Source: Syntrophorhabdus sp. PtaB.Bin027
GTDB taxonomy: Bacteria; Desulfobacterota; Syntrophorhabdia; Syntrophorhabdales; Syntrophorhabdaceae
DNA length: 64,000 nucleotides
Direction of reading: 5' to 3'
Assembly (NCBI GenBank): GCA_002067585.1
Contig: MVQO01000218.1
Span: 3,455-67,454 of the forward strand
Position 1 is the stretch's first letter; each line of letters starts with the position of its first letter. The notes beneath the pieces are model-generated. The model saw nothing but the letters and a program-made list of their open reading frames with translations, made no database searches and had not been told where the DNA came from. Of the stretch, positions 1 through 11,705 are shown one piece after another. Both the position numbers and the translations under genes were made by a program.

Positions 1-424
1 CCTCATCCCGCATCCCTTTGACAGTCTGGATGAGCTGAATAGAGTCTATGTCAAATACATTTTTTGCCGTGGGGTGATCTCCAAATTTCTGGTGATCCCC
101 TGAAAGACAGAGAAGGTTGTTGATGCCCAACGCAGCAGCTCCGAGGATATCGCTCTGCATTGCAATCCTGTTGCGGTCTCTGCATACCATTTGCATTATC
201 GGGTCAAGACCCACCCCTTTGAGCACCAGGCACGCAGAAAAGCTACTCATGCGAACTACGCTTGTCTGGTTGTCCGTAACGTTAACGCAGTCTACATATC
301 CGAGCAGATAACTGCCCTTTTTCTTCACAACCTCAGGATCAGCCCCCCGTGGAGGGCCGCACTCCGATGTAACAGCAAAGGTCCCGCTTTTCAGGACCCG
401 TTCGAGGTTGCTCTGCGTGCTCAT
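1..424 (-). CDS. metF: Methylenetetrahydrofolate reductase (5' part, runs off window start)
   Basis: Not in ORF track. Manual minus-strand translation from ATG at 424 gives MSTQSNLERVLKSGTFAVTSECGPPRGADP...DCVNVTDNQTSVVRMSS...DPIMQMVCRDRNRIAMQSDILGAAALGINNLLCLSGDH, which carries MetF motifs. ATGA overlap with the metV stop. Confidence 0.93.
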   Translation of the reverse strand, partial: MSTQSNLERVLKSGTFAVTSECGPPRGADPEVVKKKGSYLLGYVDCVNVTDNQTSVVRMSSFSACLVLKGVGLDPIMQMVCRDRNRIAMQSDILGAAALGINNLLCLSGDHQKFGDHPTAKNVFDIDSIQLIQTVKGMRDE

Positions 425-1089
425 ATTTTCAAGTCCTCCCTCACCCTTTTCCTTGGACCACCGTCCCTGCTCGTTGACCAATCTTTCATGGGCTGGATTT
501 CAAGGTATTTATCCATCATATTCAACTCTCTGTAACGGTCCACTATAAGGTGCCAGGCACACGGAATATCCCTGTCCACCTCACACTTGCCGCCCTGGGA
601 GCCTCCACATGGACCGTTAAATATACTCTTTGCGCATCGAGTGACAGGGCAGATTCCAAGGGTTTTGTGGAGAATGCAGTTACCACAGCCCTGACACCTC
701 TCAGTCCATACACCATGCTCTTCAGTGACACCATAAAAGGTCGTGTTGACTGCCGGCAAAACCAGCCTATCTCTGTAATGCTCTCCTACAAATTGAATCC
801 CACAGCCACACGCCATAGATAGGACCACCTCGTAATCATGAATGAAAGGTTTCAGACTCTCAACATACTCGGGATCGCAGTTGCGCTCAAGCGTTACCTC
901 CCCTATCTCAACAGGTTTTCCTTCCTTCTGCCTGTAAAGGCGAATCTCAGATGCCAGAACCGCAACCTCTTTTGAACCGCCCGTGGCACAGACAGTTACA
1001 CATTCGTTACAGCCAAGGAGGAGTATCTTCGAATAGGGCTTGAGCATCTCGATAATCTCTTCAAAGGGTTTTCTGTTTGCTACTATCAT
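421..1089 (-). CDS. metV: MetV (MTHFR small Fe-S/Zn subunit)
   Basis: Cys-rich motifs GCNECVTVC, ERCQGCGNC, GICPVTRCAKSIFNGPCGGS, CAW; directly upstream of metF. Confidence 0.88.
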   Translation of the reverse strand: MIVANRKPFEEIIEMLKPYSKILLLGCNECVTVCATGGSKEVAVLASEIRLYRQKEGKPVEIGEVTLERNCDPEYVESLKPFIHDYEVVLSMACGCGIQFVGEHYRDRLVLPAVNTTFYGVTEEHGVWTERCQGCGNCILHKTLGICPVTRCAKSIFNGPCGGSQGGKCEVDRDIPCAWHLIVDRYRELNMMDKYLEIQPMKDWSTSRDGGPRKRVREDLKI

Positions 1090-1178
1090 TTTTGGCTCCT
1101 TGTTATCTCAGCTCTCAGTTATTGTCAAATACATATTATTAGCCTTTTGCTCATTTTTGACTGCTAACTGCCAAACGT

Positions 1179-1595
1179 TTACTTTTCCTTTTTTGCAGGA
1201 TTTGGCCCTAGTGTTCGGATTTTCTCTGTCATCTCTCTTGCCACTTCGGCAAAACGTTGCCCCTCAGCTGAAGACATGTTATACATTGCCACGCGCTCAC
1301 CCCCCACCCCGCATTCATCAAGGATATGTTTCAAATACTCTACCCGTTTTTTTGCCCTAATATTTCCCACAAGGTAGTGACAGTCACCTTCAAGGCACCC
1401 CACAAGATAAACACCGTCTGCACCGTCCTCAAAGGCTTTAAGAACATGAGTGATATCTACCCTACCTGTACAGGGGACTTTAATGATTTTCACATTTGTA
1501 GGATAAGAAAGACGCATCGAACCTGCCAGGTCCGCCGCAGTATACCCTCAATATTCGCAACAATAGGCAATAATTTGCGGTTCAAATTTCCCCAT
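1179..1595 (-). CDS. mvhD: Hydrogenase iron-sulfur subunit MvhD, selenocysteine-containing (UGA at 1548-1550)
   Basis: The track ORF (1179-1517) extends in frame upstream through one TGA to ATG 1595, which has a GAGGA RBS: MGKFEPQIIAYCCEY-U-GYTAADLAGSMRLSYP. This matches the MvhD CCxxC...ADLAG motif; KVPCTGRV and GCxxGDCHY are also present. Confidence 0.92.
1514..1538 (-). promoter_or_regulatory. Putative bacterial SECIS hairpin
   Basis: Minus-strand mRNA after the UGA reads GCG-GC-GGACCU-GGC-AGGUUC-GA-UGC. The G-starting apical loop lies about 21 nt after the UGA. Confidence 0.65.
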
Positions 1596-1604
1596 TAGAA
1601 TTCC

Positions 1605-1700
1605 TCAACTACAGTTCATGTTTCGAAAGCAAATGTCCTCGGTCTCACCGTCAACCTTTTCTTCATCCTGTTCTTTTAAATCTGCAATCTTCATTTTCAC
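1605..1700 (-). CDS. Small acidic peptide (29-31 aa) between hdrA and mvhD
   Basis: GTG at 1700 overlaps the hdrA stop (GTGA); alternative ATG at 1694. Translation (MK)MKIADLKEQDEEKVDGETEDICFRNMNCS*. It fills the intergenic gap and is in frame with mvhD. Confidence 0.4.
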   Translation of the reverse strand: MKMKIADLKEQDEEKVDGETEDICFRNMNCS

Positions 1701-4700
1701 GATTCACATTCTGCTACCATGTCGCCTGTTACTTCAGAAAAAAGGGATTTAGCTTTGCCTATAATCTGAGCATCTCTGTAATGCATCAGGTCAATGGCCC
1801 CGGCAGGGCATTCAGCAACACATATGCCACATCCCTTACACTTACTGATATCGATCTCTGCATCACCTTTTTCATTGATCACCGGGACAGAGTATGGACA
1901 TACCCTCACACATGTCAGGCAGGCAGCACACTTTTCTGGCTCAACCCTTGCGACTACTCCGCCGGCTGCGATTTGATCTTTTGACAGGATCGTTATTCCT
2001 CTTGCAACGGCCGCCTCTGCCTGGGCAATACTTTCACGAATATTCTTCGGCGAGTGGCATAGTCCAGCCAGGAACATGCCGTCTGAGGGAAAATCAACAG
2101 GCCTGAGTTTCATATGTGCCTCAAGAAAAAAGCCGTCTATTGTTCTCGGAACCTTGAAGAGGGTTGCAATGGCTTCGTTGTCTCTCGGCACAATGGCACA
2201 ACTGAGGACAAGAAGATCTGTTGTAAAGCTGACCTCTTCCGTGACAGAAGGGTCAAAACATGTGATAGCAAGCACACCGTTACCATTGTTAACGATGGGA
2301 GGATTCGCCTTCTCAAACCGCACAAATCGGATGCCAAGCCTCCGCGCCTTTAAATAGTATTTCTCCAGAAAACCATAGGTCATAATATCCCTGAAAAGGA
2401 TAACCACATCTGCTTCAGGTTTTTGTTCTTTGAGGGTGATGGCATTCTTAATGGCCGTCGAGCAACAGATTCTGCTGCAATACGGACGTGCTTCGCTTCT
2501 TGATCCCACACACTGGATCATAGTTACCCTTTCGTAGCGTGGAAGCCGGCCTGATATGATCTGGCTCTCCAGCTCCGTCTGGGTCAGTACTTTCTCGTTC
2601 TCTCCGTAGAGAAACATGCCGTTTGGCTTGTATTCTTCTCCACCTGTGGCCAAAACGATGATACCGTGGTTGATCTTTTTGTATTTCTTGAGGGGGCCCG
2701 CCTCTATCCCTGTCTCAAAATTTCCCCGGAAACCTGTGTGATCGATTATCTGAGCCTCTGTTTCCACATGTATCAATGGATGGCTGTCAACCCTTTCAAT
2801 TGTCTCCTTCATGAATGATCTGACATCCAGACCGTCGATGGTAGAAAAGATATGTTTCAGGTTGCCACCGAGAGAATCTTCCTGTTCTATGAGAAAGACC
2901 TCAAAGTTCTGATTTGCCAATTTCAGGGCTGCTGTCATACCGGCCATGCCTCCGCCCACAACAAGGGCTTTTTTATTTACATCGAGCATGATGTCCTTAA
3001 GAGGCTTGATGTTGTTGGCGTTCATGACAGCCATCCTGACAAGGGCCTTTGCCTTCTCCGTTGCACCGGCCTTCTCGTGCATGTGGACCCACGAACATTG
3101 GTCTCTGATATTTGCCATCTCAAAAAGATACTTATTCAAACCAGCGTCTCGGATCGTAGCCCTGAAAAGCGGCTCGTGAGTGCGGGGAGAGCAGGACGCA
3201 ACTACTACCCTGTTTAATTTATAATCCTCGATAAGCTGCTTCATTTTATCCTGGGTGTCCTGAGAACACGTGAACAGGTTCTCCTCAGAAAAGACCACAT
3301 TGGGCAAACCTTTCGCATAGGATTGTACTTCAGGGACGTTCACAACACCACCGATGTTGATCCCACAGTTGCAGACAAACACACCTATCCGGGGATCCTC
3401 AGCATCCACATCTTTTTCCGGGGGCAGTTCCTTTATGACAAGTTCTTTCCCTCTTACCTCAGAGATAACGGACCCAGCCTCGCAGGCAGCACCGCTTGCT
3501 TGAATTACTGTTTCAGGGATATCCTTCGGAGCCTCACACGCGCCACTTACATAGATCCCTTCCCTGGAGGTAATAAGGGGATTCTTTTGGCTCGTTTTGA
3601 CAAATCCATACTCGTTGAGTTGAATACCCAGGACATTTGCAAGTGTGGGAAGATGCTCTGAAGGTCTGGTACCCACCGATAAAACAATCAGGTCAAATTG
3701 CTCGGACCTGAGATTCCCGCTCTCGTCAACGTAAACTATCTTAACATCCTTGGTTACCGGGTCTTCCAGGATTCGTGATACAAAGCTCTTGACGTATCGC
3801 ACGCCGTATTCAGACACTGCACGCTCATAGTATTGATCAAATCCCTTCCCAAAAACCCTGATATCAAGGTAGAAAATTGTGGTCTCCATATCATTCTGAT
3901 GTTCTTTTGCAATGATGGCTTCCTTGGTCGCATACATGCAGCATACAGAGGAACAGTATTCGTGCACTTTGTCCCTGCTTCCAACACATTGAACAAAAGC
4001 AATCTTCTTTGGTATCTTCCCATCAGACGGCCTCATTACAACACTTGCCGTCGGGCCTGTGGCAGAGAGAATCCTTTCGAATTCAAGGCTTGTGATGACA
4101 TTTGGATACACACCATATCCGAACTCCTTCTTTTGTGTTGCATCATAGGGGTCAAAACCACTCGTCACGATGATGCTGCCAACCTGTATCCTCTCTTCTT
4201 TCGGAGTTTCGAAATAATCTATTGCTTCGGGCTTGCAGAATTCTTCACAGATCCTACATCCAAGGCACCTTCTGCAATTCAGGCACCGTTCTGCTTCCCT
4301 CTTTGCTTCCTCCTCTGTAAGGGTCTGATAGACTTCCTGAAAACCTGTCCTTTCTGCAACCGGCAAGGATTGGATTGCTACTCTGGCTTTTTTCTCCATA
4401 AAGGTGGGAACATCCTCTACAAGTTTGGTCTCGATCGCCCTTCTGCCCTCTCTCAGATTCCGTCCTTCGAGGTATCTGATGATTGACTCCGCAGCATCTT
4501 TACCCTGGGCAATAGCGTCGATGGCCATCTTTGGACCGGTAACCACGTCACCACCGGAAAAAATCCCTTTAACAGTCGTCTCACCAGTGACCGGGTCGGC
4601 CTTGATACGGCCGTCGTGAAAAACTTCAAGATCATCCAGCTCTGACAGAAAAGCCGTGTCCATTGCCTGTCCGATGGCGATGATGGCTGTATCGGCTTCA

Positions 4701-6139
4701 TGGTAAATTGTAGTCTCTTCATCGTACTGGGGGTTGAACCTACCATACTCATCAAAGACAGACGTGCACCTTTTGAATTCGATACCCTTTATATGACCAT
4801 GGGAGACATCAAAGCGGAGTGGTCCCCACGATGGATGGAAGATTATTCCCTCTTCAACGGCCTGACCTATTTCCCATTTGTGAGCAGGTATTTCATCCCA
4901 CTTTTCAAGACAGACTACATGAACTTCGCGTGCTCCAAGCCTTCTGCTGGTAAGGGCAGCATCTATTGCCACGTTACCCCCTCCAATTATGAAGACTCGC
5001 TTTCCCACTTCAACGGGTGAGCCAATAATAACAGATTTCAGGAAATCCAAACCACTTAATACGCCCTGAGCATCCTCATTCGCCAGACCAAGGCTTCTCC
5101 CAAGGTGCGCTCCAACTGCAATGAAAGCTGCATCGAATGAATTTTGGATATCCTTTATTGAGATATCGCGACCTACCTTTGTATTCAACCGTATCTCGAT
5201 ACCCATTTTTTCAACAATGGCAACCTCTCTCGCCAGTTCGTCCTTGGGCAGCCGGTAGGGTGGTATGCCCACGTACAACATACCTCCAAGCTTGTCGTAG
5301 GTCTCAAAAATGGTTACCTTGTATCCTGCTTTTCGCACCTCTATTGCGCATGTAAGCCCAGCAGGTCCTCCCCCTACAATTGCAACGCTCTTTCCTTTAT
5401 CAGGCCCTACCCCAGGAATCGGAATCTCCCGTTTCCCGACTTCATAATCTGCAACAAATCGTTTGAGTGCACAAATGGCAATCGGTTGGTCTACCTTCCT
5501 GCCGCGCAGACATTCTTCTTCGCAGGGATGGGCACAGATACGTCCAATGATTGATGGGAAAGGAAGCCTCTCCCGTATGATATCTAAAGCTTCAAGAAAC
5601 CTTCCTTCAGCAATGAGGCCAACGTAGTCCCTGGCATTAAGGTTAATCGGGCATCGATCTACACAGGGCGCTATCTCTCTGTCAATCATGTAAGTCGATG
5701 GGATGGCCTGGGGAAAATTGATGAAGGCTGCGCTTCGCTGAGACATACCCACGTTGTAATCGCTACCCACCTCTAAGGGACAGGCAGGGGCACACAGAGC
5801 ACAGGATGTACATTTTTCAGGCAAAACCCTCCGTGGCTTTCTTCGAAGCGTCACTGTAAAGTTGCCAGGTTCTCCGGTCAGATCTATCACATCAGTGTTC
5901 ATCATGAGTTCTATGTTGGGGTTCCTACCAACTTCTACGAGCTTTGGAGCCATGATGCACATGGAACAGTCATTGGTAGGAAAGGTCTTATCAAGCTGTG
6001 CCATACGCCCACCAATGTTTGGTTTTTCATCGATAAGATACACTCTGAAACCCGCCTCGACGAGATTCAAAGAGGCTTCCATTCCTCCAATTCCTCCACC
6101 GATTACAAGTACCTTACCTACTTTGTCTACCTTTTCCAT
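1697..6139 (-). CDS. hdrA: Large heterodisulfide reductase subunit A with inserted GltD-like NAD(P)H-binding module (HdrL-type)
   Basis: LDKTFPTNDCSMC, two QCVGSR..YCSxxCC motifs, VFVCNCG/CSPRTHE, two HdrA Rossmann motifs plus GltD-like APC..CP..GRIC..PCE, GGGPAG and GGGNVA, and a C-terminal 2x[4Fe-4S] domain. Confidence 0.93.
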   Translation of the reverse strand: MEKVDKVGKVLVIGGGIGGMEASLNLVEAGFRVYLIDEKPNIGGRMAQLDKTFPTNDCSMCIMAPKLVEVGRNPNIELMMNTDVIDLTGEPGNFTVTLRRKPRRVLPEKCTSCALCAPACPLEVGSDYNVGMSQRSAAFINFPQAIPSTYMIDREIAPCVDRCPINLNARDYVGLIAEGRFLEALDIIRERLPFPSIIGRICAHPCEEECLRGRKVDQPIAICALKRFVADYEVGKREIPIPGVGPDKGKSVAIVGGGPAGLTCAIEVRKAGYKVTIFETYDKLGGMLYVGIPPYRLPKDELAREVAIVEKMGIEIRLNTKVGRDISIKDIQNSFDAAFIAVGAHLGRSLGLANEDAQGVLSGLDFLKSVIIGSPVEVGKRVFIIGGGNVAIDAALTSRRLGAREVHVVCLEKWDEIPAHKWEIGQAVEEGIIFHPSWGPLRFDVSHGHIKGIEFKRCTSVFDEYGRFNPQYDEETTIYHEADTAIIAIGQAMDTAFLSELDDLEVFHDGRIKADPVTGETTVKGIFSGGDVVTGPKMAIDAIAQGKDAAESIIRYLEGRNLREGRRAIETKLVEDVPTFMEKKARVAIQSLPVAERTGFQEVYQTLTEEEAKREAERCLNCRRCLGCRICEEFCKPEAIDYFETPKEERIQVGSIIVTSGFDPYDATQKKEFGYGVYPNVITSLEFERILSATGPTASVVMRPSDGKIPKKIAFVQCVGSRDKVHEYCSSVCCMYATKEAIIAKEHQNDMETTIFYLDIRVFGKGFDQYYERAVSEYGVRYVKSFVSRILEDPVTKDVKIVYVDESGNLRSEQFDLIVLSVGTRPSEHLPTLANVLGIQLNEYGFVKTSQKNPLITSREGIYVSGACEAPKDIPETVIQASGAACEAGSVISEVRGKELVIKELPPEKDVDAEDPRIGVFVCNCGINIGGVVNVPEVQSYAKGLPNVVFSEENLFTCSQDTQDKMKQLIEDYKLNRVVVASCSPRTHEPLFRATIRDAGLNKYLFEMANIRDQCSWVHMHEKAGATEKAKALVRMAVMNANNIKPLKDIMLDVNKKALVVGGGMAGMTAALKLANQNFEVFLIEQEDSLGGNLKHIFSTIDGLDVRSFMKETIERVDSHPLIHVETEAQIIDHTGFRGNFETGIEAGPLKKYKKINHGIIVLATGGEEYKPNGMFLYGENEKVLTQTELESQIISGRLPRYERVTMIQCVGSRSEARPYCSRICCSTAIKNAITLKEQKPEADVVILFRDIMTYGFLEKYYLKARRLGIRFVRFEKANPPIVNNGNGVLAITCFDPSVTEEVSFTTDLLVLSCAIVPRDNEAIATLFKVPRTIDGFFLEAHMKLRPVDFPSDGMFLAGLCHSPKNIRESIAQAEAAVARGITILSKDQIAAGGVVARVEPEKCAACLTCVRVCPYSVPVINEKGDAEIDISKCKGCGICVAECPAGAIDLMHYRDAQIIGKAKSLFSEVTGDMVAECES

Positions 6140-6180
6140 GGTCTGTCCCGTATGTGAAACTTCTTTGCTGCATTTATACC

Positions 6181-6543
6181 TTACCGCCTTACCTTTTTAA
6201 AAACAGCTTCTCTTCCCGCATATCCACTGATCTCTACCATATTCCTCCCCAGGAGATCCTTCATGTGATCAAAAACCTGCTGCAGTCTCATTCCTGTTGC
6301 CACTGACAGGTCATCAATTGTACTGTCATTTTTTGCAAGTGTCTCCAGGATACGCGCCTTCTCGAATGCTGCCTCGAGGAGAGAGGTGAATACAAGAGAA
6401 AACTGCCTGCCGGTCATTTTTTCACCGTACACATTCCCGGACATCAAGGCGTCTTTTTTATTGAGAAGTCTTGTGAGTTTCTCAGCCCCTCCGGGGTAGT
6501 GTGTTTTTACGTAGTCAAGTTTCTCGTCAATATTCATGACCAA
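6181..6543 (-). CDS. Hypothetical protein with C-terminal winged-helix-like segment, inside hdr operon
   Basis: 120-aa ORF between hdrB and hdrA; TIDDLSVATGMRLQQVFDHMKDLLGRNMV has an HTH-like pattern. Likely start ATG 6537. Confidence 0.7.
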   Translation of the reverse strand: MVMNIDEKLDYVKTHYPGGAEKLTRLLNKKDALMSGNVYGEKMTGRQFSLVFTSLLEAAFEKARILETLAKNDSTIDDLSVATGMRLQQVFDHMKDLLGRNMVEISGYAGREAVFKKVRR

Positions 6544-6551
6544 TACCGGAT

Positions 6552-7415
6552 TTATCCACCTATCTTCTTCACCTTCTTTACAGCCTGGTCCACGGCTATC
6601 ACATGAGAGTTGCTGCCGCTTAGTCTTCCAGAGATGGCAAGCTCAAAAACCTCGGATAGAAAGAGAATGGGAAGAGCCTGGTCAGTCCTGCCAAGATAGG
6701 GTAATAGATCGAGGTTCAACTGGCAGAGCGGACATGGCGTTACAATTACATCAGCTCCGAGCAATACTGCCATATCCATGATCTTATCTGAAAGGTCATA
6801 GGTAATATCCTTATCCGTCAGCGTTTTGCTCGCACCACAACACTCCATCTTATATGGCCAGTTTACAAGCTCAACCCCTAGAGCCCACAGCAATGAATCC
6901 ATGCTCGTTGGATTTTCTTTATCGTCAAAGGCCTCCATACCCATGACCCTCGTGAGAAGACAGCCATAATAGGGGACAACCCTAAGGGGAGAGATGTCAT
7001 ATTTAAGCCTTCCGGCAATAACCTCAATCCCCACACGGTCATGGAACACTTCAATGATATTCTTAACCTCTCCAGTACCCAGGCATTTGAGTGGTGAAAT
7101 AACGCTGTTAATATCCTCCCTGAAATTCTTGTCCTGTCTCATGCGCTCATTTGTAACCTTCGTCCGTATGTAACATGCTGAACAGGGGGCGAACAGATGA
7201 TTGTTCTGTTTTTCTGCAAGGGCAAGGTTTCTTGCAGCCAGAGCATGGGCAAGTCTCTCATCTACCGTATTTGCTGCAGATGCCCCGCAGCATGACCAGT
7301 CGGGAAGTTCCTGAATCTCTATCCCGTAAAAGGAAAAAACTTGCTTTATGGATGTTTCATAGAACTTGCTCGATGTCTTAAGTGAACAGCCTGGATAATA
7401 GGTAAGGGCTGTCAT
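6552..7415 (-). CDS. hdrB: Heterodisulfide reductase subunit B (two CCG domains)
   Basis: YYPGCSL, DWSCCGAS, CSACY, YYGCLL, ECCGAS, TPCPLCQLNLD. Confidence 0.93.
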   Translation of the reverse strand: MTALTYYPGCSLKTSSKFYETSIKQVFSFYGIEIQELPDWSCCGASAANTVDERLAHALAARNLALAEKQNNHLFAPCSACYIRTKVTNERMRQDKNFREDINSVISPLKCLGTGEVKNIIEVFHDRVGIEVIAGRLKYDISPLRVVPYYGCLLTRVMGMEAFDDKENPTSMDSLLWALGVELVNWPYKMECCGASKTLTDKDITYDLSDKIMDMAVLLGADVIVTPCPLCQLNLDLLPYLGRTDQALPILFLSEVFELAISGRLSGSNSHVIAVDQAVKKVKKIGG

Positions 7416-7464
7416 TGCCTGAGGGTCCCTAAATGCCCATATTCCCCCGGTCGATACAACAAAA

Positions 7465-8022
7465 TCACTGGCTGCATTTCTTAAATATCTCCTTCAACTG
7501 CTCACGATCCCTCACGCTGTGTGGAAAAATACCCATCCTTCCCTTCAGGAGCATGCCTATTCCCATTTTGGCATCTTCAAAAAGATTTTTCTTCTCTACT
7601 TTGAAGCGGAGAATAGCCTCTATTTCGTGGAGTCTGCCATGGCGTGCAACGCTATCCAAAAATATCTTATCAAAAGTCCACGTATCCGTTTCTGCTGCCT
7701 TCTGCTCCTTAATGGCTACTTTTCGGATGGTATCGAAGACATGGGCAATGTCTATGTCGTTCGGGCACCTCACACTGCACGTGATGCACTGGACACAGGT
7801 CCATATCGCTTTAGCTTTGAGTACTTTTTCTCGCTCACCGAGGATTATGTAACGGATAATTCCATGAGGAAAGATATCCATCTGAGTGACTACCGGACAA
7901 CCTGCTGTGCACCGGTAGCACTGGTAGCACGCTGATATGTTTTGTCCTGACAATGCTTCCATTTCTTTTAAAAATGTGAGATCGTTCATTCGATATCCCG
8001 GGTTTTCCTCATATTTGAACAT
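7465..8022 (-). CDS. hdrC: Heterodisulfide reductase subunit C
   Basis: CYQCYRCTAGCP and IWTCVQCITCSVRCP; adjacent to hdrB. Confidence 0.92.
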   Translation of the reverse strand: MFKYEENPGYRMNDLTFLKEMEALSGQNISACYQCYRCTAGCPVVTQMDIFPHGIIRYIILGEREKVLKAKAIWTCVQCITCSVRCPNDIDIAHVFDTIRKVAIKEQKAAETDTWTFDKIFLDSVARHGRLHEIEAILRFKVEKKNLFEDAKMGIGMLLKGRMGIFPHSVRDREQLKEIFKKCSQ

Positions 8023-8059
8023 CCAAGCATGAGAGTTTTGCTAACCTGCTTACTGCCAT

Positions 8060-8088
8060 ATTATAAGTAATAACCCCTTGGCTTACAA
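8060..8088 (-). promoter_or_regulatory. sigma-70-type promoter for the hdr-met operon
   Basis: Minus strand TTGTAA-17 nt-TATAAT, about 40 nt upstream of hdrC. Confidence 0.6.
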
Positions 8089-8225
8089 GTAGACTGGGGT
8101 CGACAAGCAGCGTTAACCGCTTGTTGATCACAGCCCGCATTATAATGAAGTGTACCTTAAATGGAAAAACAGGAAATGCGCATTATGGCAGACCTTGTTC
8201 CACGAAAGCTTATCTGTCTTGTTTC

Positions 8226-10597
<2,372 letters not shown>

Positions 10598-11003
10598 TTA
10601 AAATCCAATTTCTTTCTCTGAGTTCTTGCCAAGCCCCTCTGATGATGGGTGTGAAAACAAACCCTATTCAAATACCAACGAAGTGATGATTAATTATGCA
10701 TTTTCCCCCATTTTCTTCAGGACGCACAAAACTTTGCTGATGAGATTCACATATTCTCCGCTAATGCCATGTTCATCATTCTACCTGCCGGATAACATAT
10801 CATGCACGGCAGTTATTGCCGTCTTGAGAGCATTACCTGATCATGAGTTTCCATCACTCATTTTCCTCTGGACTTGAAGATCTCATACATGTAGTAAAAC
10901 CAAAAATGGTGATCGATAACAATCAGAGAAAACCTATTATTTATATCAGGGTAAATACGATATTATTGGTAGGTGATTCCCCTATAATCAAGTAGAATTA
11001 CTA

Positions 11004-11699
11004 TCAGAGGCTTTCTAGCCAGTAAACTGCGTGTTTTATCAGTTCTCTTGCATTTTTTAAATTCAACTTTTCTTTTATATTTGCACGGTAAGTCTCGACC
11101 GTCTTGACACTCACACGAAGCTCCTCTGCAATTTGGCGCGTCCCAAAACCCTGGCCTACCAGTCGGAATACCTCGAGCTCACGGTCGCTCAGAAGCTCTT
11201 CCGGAGACGACGAGCGCTTTGATTTCCCATCAACAAATTTTTTTACAATACCTGCGCTGACCTTTTCGCTAATGTAGAGATCACCCCTTATCACTCGACG
11301 AATCGCCTCCATCATCTTTTCTGTTGCTTCCTGTTTCATGATGTATCCCCGTGCTCCGGCCCGCAAGGCCCGTTCTGCATATAGTGATTCGTCGTGCATG
11401 GAAATGATGAGCACCGGCAGGTTCCCGTATCGGGCCCGAATGTTCTTGGTCAGTTCTATGCCGTCCATACCTTGAAGCGAGATATCGACAATAGTCAGGT
11501 CGGGCTTCAGTTTCTTGAGGATTTGGAGTGCACTCTGAGCGTCAGAGGCTTCCCCGCAGGTTAACAGGTCAGCCTCCTGATCAATAAGTTGGGAGAGCCC
11601 TTTCCGTACAATTGGATGATCATCTACAATGAAAATCTTGTAGGTCTGTCCGGAAAACTCGCCCTCCTTCATCATTGTCTTATCTTTTTTTTCTGTCAC
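11004..11699 (-). CDS. NarL/LuxR-family response regulator
   Basis: REC domain (VDDH, VDISL) plus LuxR HTH (LSDRELEVF..KTVETYRANI). Confidence 0.93.
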   Translation of the reverse strand: MTEKKDKTMMKEGEFSGQTYKIFIVDDHPIVRKGLSQLIDQEADLLTCGEASDAQSALQILKKLKPDLTIVDISLQGMDGIELTKNIRARYGNLPVLIISMHDESLYAERALRAGARGYIMKQEATEKMMEAIRRVIRGDLYISEKVSAGIVKKFVDGKSKRSSSPEELLSDRELEVFRLVGQGFGTRQIAEELRVSVKTVETYRANIKEKLNLKNARELIKHAVYWLESL

Positions 11700-11705
11700 G
11701 ACGCT

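Noticed and set aside
10640-10870. RBS-preceded broken reading frame on the minus strand upstream of gdhA
   Set aside because: Multiple stops and no recognisable family motif; cannot be supported as a pseudogene.
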